NCBI GenBank assembly: GCA_049999805.1
Contig: JBNGIO010006303.1
Span: 17,895-81,894, forward strand
Reading direction: 5' to 3'
Length of the DNA stretch: 64,000 nucleotides
Origin: Folioceros fuciformis
Lineage: Eukaryota
Part shown: positions 1-10,693 of the stretch, one piece after another
Layout of the letters: each line of letters opens with the position of its first letter
How positions within the stretch are numbered: the first letter of the stretch is position 1
Program-made: the position numbers and the translations under genes
The notes under the pieces: model-generated
Told to the model about the DNA's origin: nothing
The model's input: only the letters and a program-made list of their open reading frames with translations
Database searches by the model: none

Positions 1-1434
1 ACAATGCCGGGGGCCAGGTGGTGGTCTGGGACGGCTACCCCGAGTCCGCTGGATTCAACCTCGCCGCCTGGGAGCTCACCTTGAATGAGAACAGCATCAA
101 CTTCCCCGGCCACCAGGACACCGACACTATTGCATACGTGGTGGAAGGTGGGGTGCTGGTGATGGGTTCTTGTATTGCGGGACGTGGTGGTGGTGGCGCG
201 GGGGTGGTGACGGGGTTGGGTGCTTGGGTTGCATGCAGGCCAGGCGAAGTACGGGCTGGTGATCGCCACCGGGAAGCGGGTGGACACCCAGACCGTTAAG
301 GCTGGGGATGTTATCCTCGTGCCCAAGGAGGCCTCCTTCTGGTTCTACAACGACGGCAAGGGCCCGTTCAAGGTGTGGGGAGGAGGGGATACCTCCAAGA
401 GCCTCAAGCCCGGCCACATTCTGGTGCGAATACGCTGCCATTGCCTCCTGCATTCTCGTGCTGCTCCGTCAGGTGGGTGTTGGGTTGACCCGCGTCGCTC
501 TTCTCCCGCAGAGGATCGACCACGTCGGCGCCGGGAGCCTGCTCCATGCCTTCTCCAAGGACGTGCTCGCCGCCGGCTTCAACGTGCCGGACGAGAACGC
601 GCTGAGCACGATTGTGCGCGCGCAGCACGAGATCAGCCTGGCCAAGCTCGACGCCCCTCTCGTCCTCTCCAGCCCGCCCTCCGTGCAGAACGGTGACCAC
701 GTCGAGAAGTGGCCGGGACAGGTGGTGTTCCCTCTGCTCAGCGAGCCCCCGCACTTCAGCATCCAGGGCGGAGGTGCGCTCTACAACCTGGTGACGACGT
801 ACGGCGAGTACCCCGAGCTCAAGGCTGTGCATCTCAGCATCGAGTACGGTGTCCAGGAGCCGGTGAGTACGCCTCCCTTCCCCGTGCGTGACGTGGTCAC
901 GACGGACTGCGGCTGTGTTCTGGCTTCCCAAGCTCACACGATTTTATTGGCGATGGCTGTGGCAGGGCTCCGTGCAGGGTCCGCTGTGGGCGCCCAACAA
1001 TCACATGCTCTACTACTTCACTAAGGGAAGCGGGCGCTACCAGATTGTGTCCCCGGTTCTGAGCGAGCTCCTGGTGGATACCGAGGTGCACCCCGGCCAG
1101 GTTGTGGCTATCCCAGCGCAGTACCCATTCGTCCTCATCGCAGGCGATGAGGGTGTGGAGTTCTTCACCTTCGCTGACGTCGACACGTGAGTCCCTTCCT
1201 CCTCAGCCTTCGTGCCCTCTTGTCTAATTTGGTTGGATTGCATTTCCTCACATCTCCTCCTCTTGTCCGCATTGCAGCCCCACCGGCAGCAGCCTGTACG
1301 CCCAATTCCTGGACTTCCCCAAGGAAATTGTGGCTGCTGCGTTCAACGTCCCTGTGGAGGGGCTTTCCACCTTCGTTGGCAAGCGCGATCACAACATCAT
1401 CCTCCCGGCTTCCAAGATCAAGTCCGTCGTCTAG
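1..1434 (+). CDS. Legumin-like (11S globulin-like) bicupin, paralog 1; 5' end lies outside the window
   Basis: Exons <1-147, 239-423, 512-862, 966-1186, 1278-1434 joined by GT-AG introns. Motifs FPGHQDTDTIAYVVEG, IKAGD-like/FWFYND and HMLYYFTKGSGR, with the end PASKIKSVV*. The layout resembles the plant legumin-like RmlC bicupin family (At1g07750/At2g28680 type, from recall). Confidence 0.85.
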
Positions 1435-1466
1435 GTCCTTGGGTCGTTGCCAGCTTGGGTTTTTGC

Positions 1467-1540
1467 ATCCTAGGTCGGATGCAGTGACTGGTGACGCTGT
1501 CTCACACCAGCCTGCTGAAGTGCGGAGTCGCAACTGGGAT
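1467..1540 (+). ncRNA. Conserved structured 3' UTR element, copy A
   Basis: ATCCTAG-GTCGGAT-GCAG..CTGGTG..CACCAG..CTGC-TGAAG-TGCG-GAGT-CGCA-A-CTGGGAT, starting 33 nt after the stop. It recurs at 1596 and 4959. Confidence 0.6.
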
Positions 1541-1595
1541 TGATCCCTCTGCCTGGCGTGCCTCTTCTACTAGCGTGTTTGTTTTGGGTCTTAAA

Positions 1596-1665
1596 ATCCT
1601 AGGCCGGAAGCAGTCGCAGGTGATGCTCTCACCAGACTGCTGAAGTGCGGAGTCGCAACTGGGAT
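1596..1665 (+). ncRNA. Conserved structured 3' UTR element, copy B
   Basis: ATCCTAG-GCCGGAA-GCAGTC..GGTGA..TCACC..GACTGC-TGAAG-TGCG-GAGT-CGCA-A-CTGGGAT. Confidence 0.6.
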
Positions 1666-3095
1666 CAGGCCTACTATAACTCTTCGGAGCGTCTTAACTA
1701 GACTACTACGTAATGTGTGTCTGTACAAACTACCATGGAAGCCTCGAGCTTTCCCTTCCATCGTTGTCTTCGTTTCAACATGGAAAATCTAAACATCCTT
1801 TCTTCTAGCTTGCTGTTCTTGTTCACCATCTCACTCCTGTTTTCCCTGAATTCGACATCTGCGCATCCTCGCACATCACTCCAACACTTTTCCATTCTAC
1901 TTGCAGCTTCAGGGACGTGAATTCCACCAACAAACAAAAGCGAAACACTCTTGGTGCAATCGCTTCGCGTTGAAGAGAACTACCAAAAAGCAAATCAAAG
2001 AGGAAGAAAGGTAAAGTGCTAGTCCCCCTCCGACGAATGCACCAAACATCATTTCAAAATCTCTGACAGGCAACTCTGAACCTGCCCTGGATCCGTCGGC
2101 TGTCTTTCTTGCAGTGCGATAAACATCTGCATCTACTGTCCACGGTTTCACCAAGGCTAACACCACCAAGCAGCGATACCCTATCTTGGAAGAAGGATAC
2201 TACATATCTATTGGACCTCGATCAGTCCTGGATCATCTCGTCGTTTCTGCCATCGCCATGTCCAGCTCTGGAGTTGTGTACTGGGAAACCCTTGACTTAG
2301 TCTGTAGTTACTGGAGAGATAGATGGTCTGTTTGGAGGCAGGAGTCTGTCACACCACTTTTTTTTGAATTGAAATAAAATAAAATAAAAGGGTCCTGGCC
2401 AGATCCCAGAATATGCGTACGTTGTGTAATCAAATATGTACCCTTAACCCTAAAATATTTTCCTCAAAAGTGCATACTTTACAATGGGTAGGTGAAACTA
2501 GCTTCTCTCTCACGTGATGTGAGAGAGTGGCAGAAGAGCACAGCGCTGCCCTGGCCTGCTCTGCTCATTAGAATGATACATAAATGTACGTTTCACATGA
2601 ATGAAATGCGCGCTCCCGGGTGTCTCAGTGCCAGGGACTGGCACAGGCGTAACAACGTTATTTATGTCCAGCCGTGCGGCCTTTTAACTTATTACCGGAG
2701 CGGGAGGTACATCGTACATCGTTCTCGACGCTTGGCGCGCCCGCATGACGGGCTGCAGTACAGCTGACGCCAGAGCATCTCCACTGGGGAAGCCGCTTGA
2801 CCCGTGCAGGGCTCAAGGTAAGGGAGGAGGCGGGGCCATGGCAGGAGCGATCCTTCCCCGCACCACCTCCTCGTGCTGCTGTTGTCTTTTTTTTTCTTTC
2901 CTTCCTCACCTGCGATTTGATTCTTTGTAAACGCTTGCCACGATTCCGTCTGCATCTGCACTTGGCCCCGACCGGCGTCTAGGAGCATCGGGGTCAGGGC
3001 TCGGCTTAGTGCGGGATGGATTACACCTGCTCTTCATTGGCGCTCTCTGAATAACCGCATCCGGAGCTCCTCGCGCACTACAGGCCAGAGCGGGG

Positions 3096-3103
3096 TATAA
3101 AAA
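3096..3103 (+). promoter_or_regulatory. TATA box of bicupin paralog 2
   Basis: TATAAAAA about 105 nt upstream of the ATG at 3209. Confidence 0.7.
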
Positions 3104-3208
3104 GACGTCACAGGAGGCAAGCAATTCAGGCACAAGTTTCTTTCTCATCCCGCCTTGTCCTGCTCCAGGTTCCTTCTGTGTTTTGGCTTGTCTCGGACGA
3201 CAGCGGCT

Positions 3209-4927
3209 ATGGCTAGCTTCAGATCTCTTCTGATTGTCGCCTGCCTGGCGGTGTTGGCCACCTGCGCGAGTGCCCTGGACCTCTCTCCCAGCTACGGCCG
3301 TCTCACCGTTCACAATGCTGGTGGCCAGGTCGTCGTGTGGGACGGCTATCCCGAGTCCGCGGGATTCAATCTTGCCGCCTGGGAGCTCACTTTGAATGAA
3401 AACAGCATCAATTTCCCCGGCCACCAGGACACCGACACCGTTGCCTACGTCGTGGAAGGTGCGAGTCGGCTTGACATGAAGACGACTTCTTCTTAGCGTT
3501 GGGATCTTGCATGCAATGGTTATCGCGTTCCCTCGCGCGAATAACGTAGAATCTTTCCTGCTATTGCTGCGGTTTTTTCCCTCGCTCTAGGATCGGATCA
3601 CCTGGTCTCATTGCATGTGCTTCGCGCGATCGCGTGCAGGTCAGGCAAAATACGGTCTGGTCATTGCTACCGGCAAGAGAGTGGAGACCAAGACGATCAA
3701 GGCCGGTGACGTGATTCTCGTCCCCAAGGAAGCAAGCTTCTGGTTTTACAACGATGGAACAGGCATCTTCAAGGTCTGGGGAGGCGGTGACACTACTAAG
3801 AGCCTCAAGACGGGCCATATCCTGGTAATTACGCGGCTGTGCTCCCTTTGCACCTCTAGCTTGTGCAAGCGCACATTGGGCAAGATTTATGCAAATGTTG
3901 CAGACATCTTGAAGCTTCCATGCTGACGACATTGAATTTTTCTGTCATTGTCGACGCTGCAGCGAATTGACGCCGTTGGCGCTGGTAGCCTCCTCCACGG
4001 CTTCACCACAGACGTTTTGGCAGCTGGCTTCAATGTTGACGAGGCCACTATCAGCAAGGTTGTCAAAGCGCAGCACGAGATCAGCCTCGCCAAGTTGGAT
4101 GCACCTCTGCACCTTTCTGGCCCGTCTCCCGTCCTTGGCGGAGACCACGTCGAGACCTGGCCTGGACAGGTTGTGTTCCCTCTCTTGAGCGAGGCCCCTC
4201 ATTTCTCCATCAACGGTGGCGGTGCGCTGTACAACTTGGTGACTTCCTACGGCGAGTATCCCGAATTGAAGGCTGTCAGCCTCAGCGTCGAGTACGGAGT
4301 GCAGGAACCTGTAAGTCTATCGTCCTCGCAACTTGCTCCATTTTCCTCCTTCACACTTACTGTCATCGACTTCCCTCCCACTGGAAGAGTAGCCTAACTC
4401 GCACGGGTGCTCGTGTCCTTCGTCGATAGGGATCCTTCCTTGGGCCTCTCTGGGCGCCCAACAACCACATGCTCTACTACTTCACCAAGGGAAGTGCCCG
4501 GTACCAAATCGTCTCCCCGGTGAACTCTGAGCTCTTGGTAGACACCCAGGTGTTCCCAGGACAGGTGGTTGCCATTCCCGCACAGTACCCCTTCGTCGTC
4601 GTGGCAGGATCCGAGGGAGTCGAATACTTCACATTTGCCGACAACGATACGTAAGCGCCGTTTAACTTGGGTCTTGTCCTTTTCTGTCGTCAGTCAGAAG
4701 CTCCGGTAGTTTCGGACCTGTCTTATAACTTTAATACACATAACCCGGATGTCAATGTTGTGCGCAGGCCCACCGGCAGCAGCTTGTACGCAGAATTCTT
4801 GGACTTCCCCAAGGAGCTTGTGGCAGCTGCCTTCAACGTCCCTGTGGACCAGGTGTCCACCTTCGTCGGCAAGCGTGACCACAACATCATCTTCCCTGCC
4901 TCCAACAAGATTCAGTCCGTAGTCTAG
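3209..4927 (+). CDS. Secreted legumin-like bicupin, paralog 2
   Basis: Begins MASFRSLLIVACLAVLATCASA|LDLSPSYGR (signal-peptide-like). Five exons (~3209-3458, 3640-3824, 3963-4310, 4430-4651, 4768-4927) with the same intron positions as paralog 1; the protein is highly similar and ends PASNKIQSVV*. Confidence 0.88.
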
Positions 4928-4958
4928 CTTGCTTGTTGCAAGTGAGGAGAGGTTGGAC

Positions 4959-5036
4959 ATCCTAGGTCGGATGCAGCGAGTAGCAGTTCTCACCTGCTGC
5001 TACAATCTGCTGAAGTGCGGAGCCGCAACTGGTGGT
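4959..5036 (+). ncRNA. Conserved structured 3' UTR element, copy C
   Basis: ATCCTAG-GTCGGAT-GCAG..GTAGCAG..CTGCTAC..CTGC-TGAAG-TGCG-GAGC-CGCA-A-CTGGTGGT, starting 32 nt after the stop of paralog 2. Confidence 0.6.
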
Positions 5037-5479
5037 GCCTACCTCGTGAATGCTGGATGCATGTCTTCGTAGAAAGAAAAATACAAGCACCTAAACGCTC
5101 CTGGGCCCGGCTAAAATAAACCCAGGAGCGCTGGTCCTGTAGCCCTGTTTGGTCTTTCTGTAAAAAGTGAAACTTCGTCGGAGAATGCTTAAATATCAGT
5201 TTGCAGCAGCGTTTTTTCTCTGTCCATCCATACATATATCAACTACGTTTGTCTGCGTTTACGGATGATTCACATTGGGCCCGGTGTCGGTGCCTCAGTG
5301 CCGCCGCCACAAGCGCTGATGACTAGCTTCTCCCCGGAACCGGACAGGGCGTCCTGACTCATGTGTCGTTTCGTTTCTTGTGAGACCGCAATTTTTTTTC
5401 AACTTGTTTTCCATAATTTGTGCACATGCACAGTAGAGGATACCCTATGAGGCCATGCAAGTGTGCCATGAGACGCACA

Positions 5480-6130
5480 GTTCAGATGCTCGTCTTTGTC
5501 GCTTCTCTTCAAGCTGCGCTGAAGTGGCAAAACATCACAGTGCCTGGTGAACATGGTATGTACTGCATAGGCTACATGTGGCGAACTCAAAGATGCACGC
5601 CAGGCTTTGGAGAAAAGGATGTGGTGACGTGGACGGCGCTGATTGCTGGACTATTTGTAAACAGCAAGGGCCTGGACAAGAGGCGCTGTTGTGTATGAAC
5701 CAATGGAGCAAGAAGGCCTGATAGTGGCTCACCATGTTACTGTTGCTTGCCTTCTGAGCCTGTGAAAGCGAGGCGTCCTGCAGAAGGGCAGGTATCTGCA
5801 CTCACAGACTGTGGAATGAAGACAGCTAGGTAACATACGAGTGGGCAAATGGCTGCTGGATAGATATGTAAAGTGTGGCGAATGGGATGTGCAAGCGATG
5901 TTTTTGAAAGCATGGCCAGAAAGGATGCGTTGTCCTGGAAATTCCAGATTGTAGATAATAGTGCATTCAATGCATCTGCATTCCCACATTGTTAAAGAGG
6001 ATAGTCGCTACTGGATGACATACTGGTGAGCAACAGTCTGGGGGACATGCCTGCAAAATTTGGTGAACTGAAAGACGTATGACAGACTTTTCACAGCTTG
6101 GTTACAAAGAACGTGCTAGCATGGACCTAC
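5480..6130 (+). pseudogene. Degenerate PLS-class PPR gene fragment
   Basis: PPR motif remnants in shifting frames with stops: EKDVVTWTALIAG, VFESMARKDALSW, VSNSLGDMPAKFGELKD, FHSLVTKNVLAWT. Confidence 0.7.
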
Positions 6131-7142
6131 CTACAGATGTATGTCAGCTGATTGTTATGCGGTGGTCTTTTGGTTAAGCGTACACTCCAGGTGCAGTTTC
6201 AGGTGACACTGTTCGGAGTTGTTGTTACTTGTTCCTGGTTCTGCCTGCTTGCCACCACATTAAGGTGACCTGATGCTAACTGCAGACACCGAGTGTAGCC
6301 AACCCAGAAAATCTGCCTGCAGTTGCGTCCTGGATTGCCATGGACGTCAACCCAGCGCAAGGGATCTGCAAGTCTCATCAAATGAACAGACATTCTCTCT
6401 TCTCAAACTGAAAATTCACAGATGGGGAACATCTCACTGTTGGGGGTCTTGCTGCGGTGTGTGGAACCGCATCTCACAATTTCAGTGTTCCAGGACCTCT
6501 GAATTGAGAGACTGGCCACTGCTCAAGGTTCCGTGACTACGCAACACCATACCGAACCTCATGGACAGTCCGTTGCTGTAACCAGCCTGCCCGAACTGAG
6601 CCGTTGCACGGGCTTCCTGCTGTTGCCGCGTAGTGGCCTTCACGGTTCGCGATTCCGTTATTCCCTACCGAGGAACTCCTTTTCCAGTCAGAGCACCTGC
6701 AACACGATGTACAGTACAGTACACTCAGCCTTGCATCTCTCAAATAATATGCACGTGACACAGAAAGCGCGCCTGCCAGGCCCTGCTTCTGGTGGAACAC
6801 TCAGTCGGGCCAGAACACGTGGTACCACAGGTTCACAACGCACAGTAACTCAGCAGCTCCAATAATTGAGGCTCCAGAGTCCGCAACAGCCTATGGATTC
6901 CACAGGGCAAACTTGAAGTGTACATACTGTATTACCGGCACAGATAAAGATTCCCGCGAAAGTCTATTTCCTTCAAAACGTCTCTCTACACACACGAACG
7001 TCACTAAACGCTCCATGTCGGCCTGTCCGGAGACACGGACCGCCTTCCAGATGCTCACACTCTCATTCTCTTTGTAGAGTACATACATACTGTAGCTACA
7101 TCTTGTCGTGCCCTGACCGGAGACCATGCAGATTCGCATCCT

Positions 7143-8726
7143 CTACACAACGCTGGCAATGCTTGCTTGAGCCGCGGGATTGTCGTGAGGGGGCAGAATG
7201 ATGTAGCTGTTGGGGCGCTGCCCGATCACCTGCCGCACCAGAGACTCGTCGACATTGAACGACTCCGCCACAATTTCCTTGGGAATGCCTTTGTACTGAG
7301 AAAGCTTCCCTGCCACGAAAGAGCCGGTCGGCCTGCGAAATTCACAACTCTTGCAGTCATGAGATCAAGTCCTGCAATCCAAGACGCTGGCACAATCGAA
7401 TTAAGGGGGCAAGAGGTGCAGGTTCTCACTTATCGTTGTCAGCCACGGTGAAGTATTCCACTCCCTCAGCGCCGGCCACGATGACAAAGCCGAACTGCTT
7501 GGGAATGGGGATGACTTGGCCTGCGTGCACCTCCGTGTCCAGACTGAGGCGGCTGTCGACGGGGCGCACAAGCTGCACCCGAGCGCTTCCCTTGGTGAAG
7601 TAGTACAGCATGTGCGCGTTGGGAGCCCAGGCTGGGCCGAACAAGGATCCCTGGAGCGCACAACGCACTTGCATTAGGAAAATTGCATCACTGCACACTC
7701 ATTGTGGACGGAGGAAAAGATCTGAGGGAAACCTACCGGCAATTGCTGCACGAACTCCGCCCCGAGGTGCACAGACTCGAGCGGCTTGTACGAGCCCCGG
7801 GTGGTGACCACGTTCCACAGCGACCCGCCGTTCACGATGCTAACATCCGCAGGCCTGCTAAGCAACGGGAACACGAATTCCCCATCGTAGGTGAGCGCGG
7901 AGTCCGGAGGAGACAGGGAGAGCGGACCCTTGGCGAGCCCGAGCGAGATGGAGTGCTGCGCGCGAATGAAGGTCGTGGCCGTGGCCGTGTCCACATCCCA
8001 GGCCGCGGCCAGAACGTCCTTCGTGAAGCCGTGCAGGATTCCTCCAGCCCCGGCCACATCAATCCTCTGCCAGGCCACACTCGGATAAGCCAAATGCCAT
8101 CACACTTCGCAGCACGCATCAATTCGACACCCCTACGCAACCGGACTAGGAATGGCACGCGTACCAGAATCTGGCCCTGCTTGAGCCCGCTGGTGGTGTC
8201 CCCGATCCCCGCTATTTTGAAGATGCCTTTCCCGTCGTTGTAGAACCAGAAGACAGCCTCCTTAGGGATGAGCACCGCGTCCCCTGCCTTAATGGTCGTG
8301 GTGGCCACACTCCTGCCGTTGGAGAGCACCAGGCCGAATTTTGCAGATCCTGAGGACTCACATTGGGGTTCGCCGGGGTGAGGGCTAGGGTGCATCAAAC
8401 CACGCAGCCACTGTACCAGCTCTGGCGCTAACAATACAATGCAAAGCAAAGGACAGCAGGGCTTGACCTTCGTAGACATAGGCCAGGGAATCGACGTCCT
8501 GGTGACCCGGGAACTGGATGCCGCCCTCGTTCAGCCCCACATACCAGGCAGCCAAATTGAGAAATGCCGTGTCGGGGTAGTGATCCCACACCACCACCAC
8601 CCCGCCCTCGTTGTCGATCACCGTCCGGCCGTAGCTCGGGCTCAGGTCCAGGTGGTCCAAGGCTGCCGCTGAGGCTTCCAGCAGCAGCAGGCAGGCCGCA
8701 AGCAGCACAATTTGAGCTCCCGCCAT
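7143..8726 (-). CDS. Secreted legumin-like bicupin, paralog 3 (more divergent, convergent to paralogs 1 and 2)
   Basis: Begins MAGAQIVLLAACLLLLEASAAA-LDHLDLSPSYGR. Motifs FPGHQDVDSLAYVYEG, IKAGDAVLIPKEAVFWFYND, WAPNAHMLYYFTKGSARV; ends ASIASVV*. Same 5-exon layout as paralogs 1 and 2. Confidence 0.87.
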
Positions 8727-8760
8727 TACCGCGTTTGGAGAAGACGGATTCGAGAACTGG

Positions 8761-9318
8761 GACGACCCTGGATCAAGCGATGTAACCCGGGAGGGATGGA
8801 ACAGGATTATATAAGTGGAATAAGGGAAAACGGCACGCTCTTCGACGCCCACGACGTGCCGTTTCTGCAAAACTGGCGCAGCTCCACGATCCTATCCTCA
8901 CCAACCATGAGGCGCAACCGGCGATTGCAGCGCTATCCCGTCAAGCTCCTCCAATGATAAGCACCCAAAGCGATAGCCACCCTCTGCTACCGGGGCGCCT
9001 GTATCATTTTGTTGGCTGTACCTGGAAACTGCTGTTAGAGAGGCATTCGAGGACCAGGAGAAACCTGGAGCAAGCTGCCTCCGCAGGGATGGAATAGGAA
9101 TATATAACGGGGAGTGAGGGAGAACGGCGCGCTGTTCGAGGCGCACGACGTGCCGAGACGGCGAAACTGGCGCAACTCCACGACCCAGTCTCTCCTATCA
9201 CGCTCCTGCCCTGCCCTGCCCCGCCCTGCCCTCCAATGATACGCACCCAGAGCTATACCCACCTCCTTATCTTACGTCCTGGGACGTCTGTTTCATTTTG
9301 TTCGCTGTACTTGGAAGC
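8761..9318 (-). repeat. Diverged tandem duplication (~290 bp) of the paralog-3 proximal promoter
   Basis: Two colinear copies (~8761-9027, ~9049-9318) share AGGGATGGAA, a TATATAA box (8807-8814; 9101-9107), CACGACGTGCCG, AAACTGGCGCA, CTCCAATGATA and TCATTTTGTT. Confidence 0.8.
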
Positions 9319-10693
9319 CTCGAACAAATGACATTTTCATTAAGAGCCTCAAGTCTTTGATGCCTGAGACAAGGAATCTCAACACAGTCCTCGCTTTCCA
9401 AGCAGCCATGGGCGACATGCAAGAAATGCGTTCATCTCAAACTATAGCGCATGTTTGCATTCTAGACTACTTTTGGTGATGGAGGACATCAGTTTTAAGC
9501 ACTTTGTTTCTACCAGAAAGAAAGCAGATCTTCTCATTATTGGGACTTCAAAGTTGGTGAAGGACCTTTGCATGTTGTGACCAACCCCGCTCAATAGACA
9601 TCATGGAACACATAAGCAAGGATTGAGCATAGCATGCTGGCTACCGACTGCTTCTTGTTTCCCAGTGCACTCCAATTGCTGGAGATCTTCTGATTGAGCA
9701 GAGCATAGCGTCACCTAAAGCAGAGTCCATCGTGTCCACGTTGAATGTGTAAAGAATGGTGATAAGCAGCGCCCTGGACTGTTACGTTATTCGTACCCCT
9801 CTGGACAATCCCGCTTCTCAAGTCCCATACGTGTTGCAAACTTTGTGACGTTGAAACGTACATATCTGGAGCCTGCTCTGCCATGCGGGCGTGGCAAACC
9901 CTGTCTGCATGCACCAGGCATGTGTAGGGGAATGTTTTGTGCACAGGGAGACCTGTTGAAGAAACTGAACATTGCCGCCATGTCTGTCGCCGCGGGTGAT
10001 GCGCATTTGAAGGTCTGTCCAGTGAAGGCTCAGTCGGTGGAGCTCCTGTTTTCTTCCGATTGGTTTCGGTTCCTACCAAATATCACATTATCCCTAACAG
10101 TGCACGTTTTCTTGTAGTGGTACCTATGCATGTATTTTCTCTGCCGTCCATCACCAAGATGCCAATGCTCGAGCGTCAGGGCCTGATAACCCCCTTAGAC
10201 GTGTCGCGTACGCAGGCAAGCTTGGCCAGAACTCCTCTACCTACAGGACGCAGCCCATATCCGGATCTGAGGTGTATACCGATGTTCCTGCTACAACTTC
10301 TCAGGGAGATTTTCGTCGCCATCTGCCCTTTCTGTTTTTCACAACAAACAAAAGCAGTCAGAAACAGAAACACGACTCCTTATACTCAACGGAACCGTCG
10401 CCTTTGGCACAGGATAGCTGTACAACTCACCTCTACAAGAGTGACCAGATGCGTAGACGGCCAGAGTCACCTTTCACGAATCGCACATTACACATGAACC
10501 TAGCTATTCACCGAGCTGAGCACTCATGCGGGCTATTTACAAGTTCATATAGCTAAGCTCTAATGAGCATATGTTTGTACACCATCTAATCAGACATGCA
10601 ATTCAGCATGGCCGAAGACGCATGTCGATAAAGTCCTTCTGTGTCCTTATTGAACGTGTAAAGAATAGGCTAGGAGGATGCGATTCAGAAGAG

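Noticed and set aside
1467-1540. 3' UTR motif as a hammerhead ribozyme, TPP riboswitch or SRP fragment
   Set aside because: It has no CUGANGA/GAAA core on either strand and no CUGAGA/ACCUGA TPP motifs; the SRP similarity is limited to a few bases.
1698-2390. Short ORFs between bicupin paralogs 1 and 2
   Set aside because: No recognisable domain or splice structure; possibly repeat debris, but this cannot be supported.
9330-10560. Possible small gene or retroelement RT fragment (DLLIIG-like)
   Set aside because: The ORFs are short and interrupted, with no consistent exon chain or second supporting motif.
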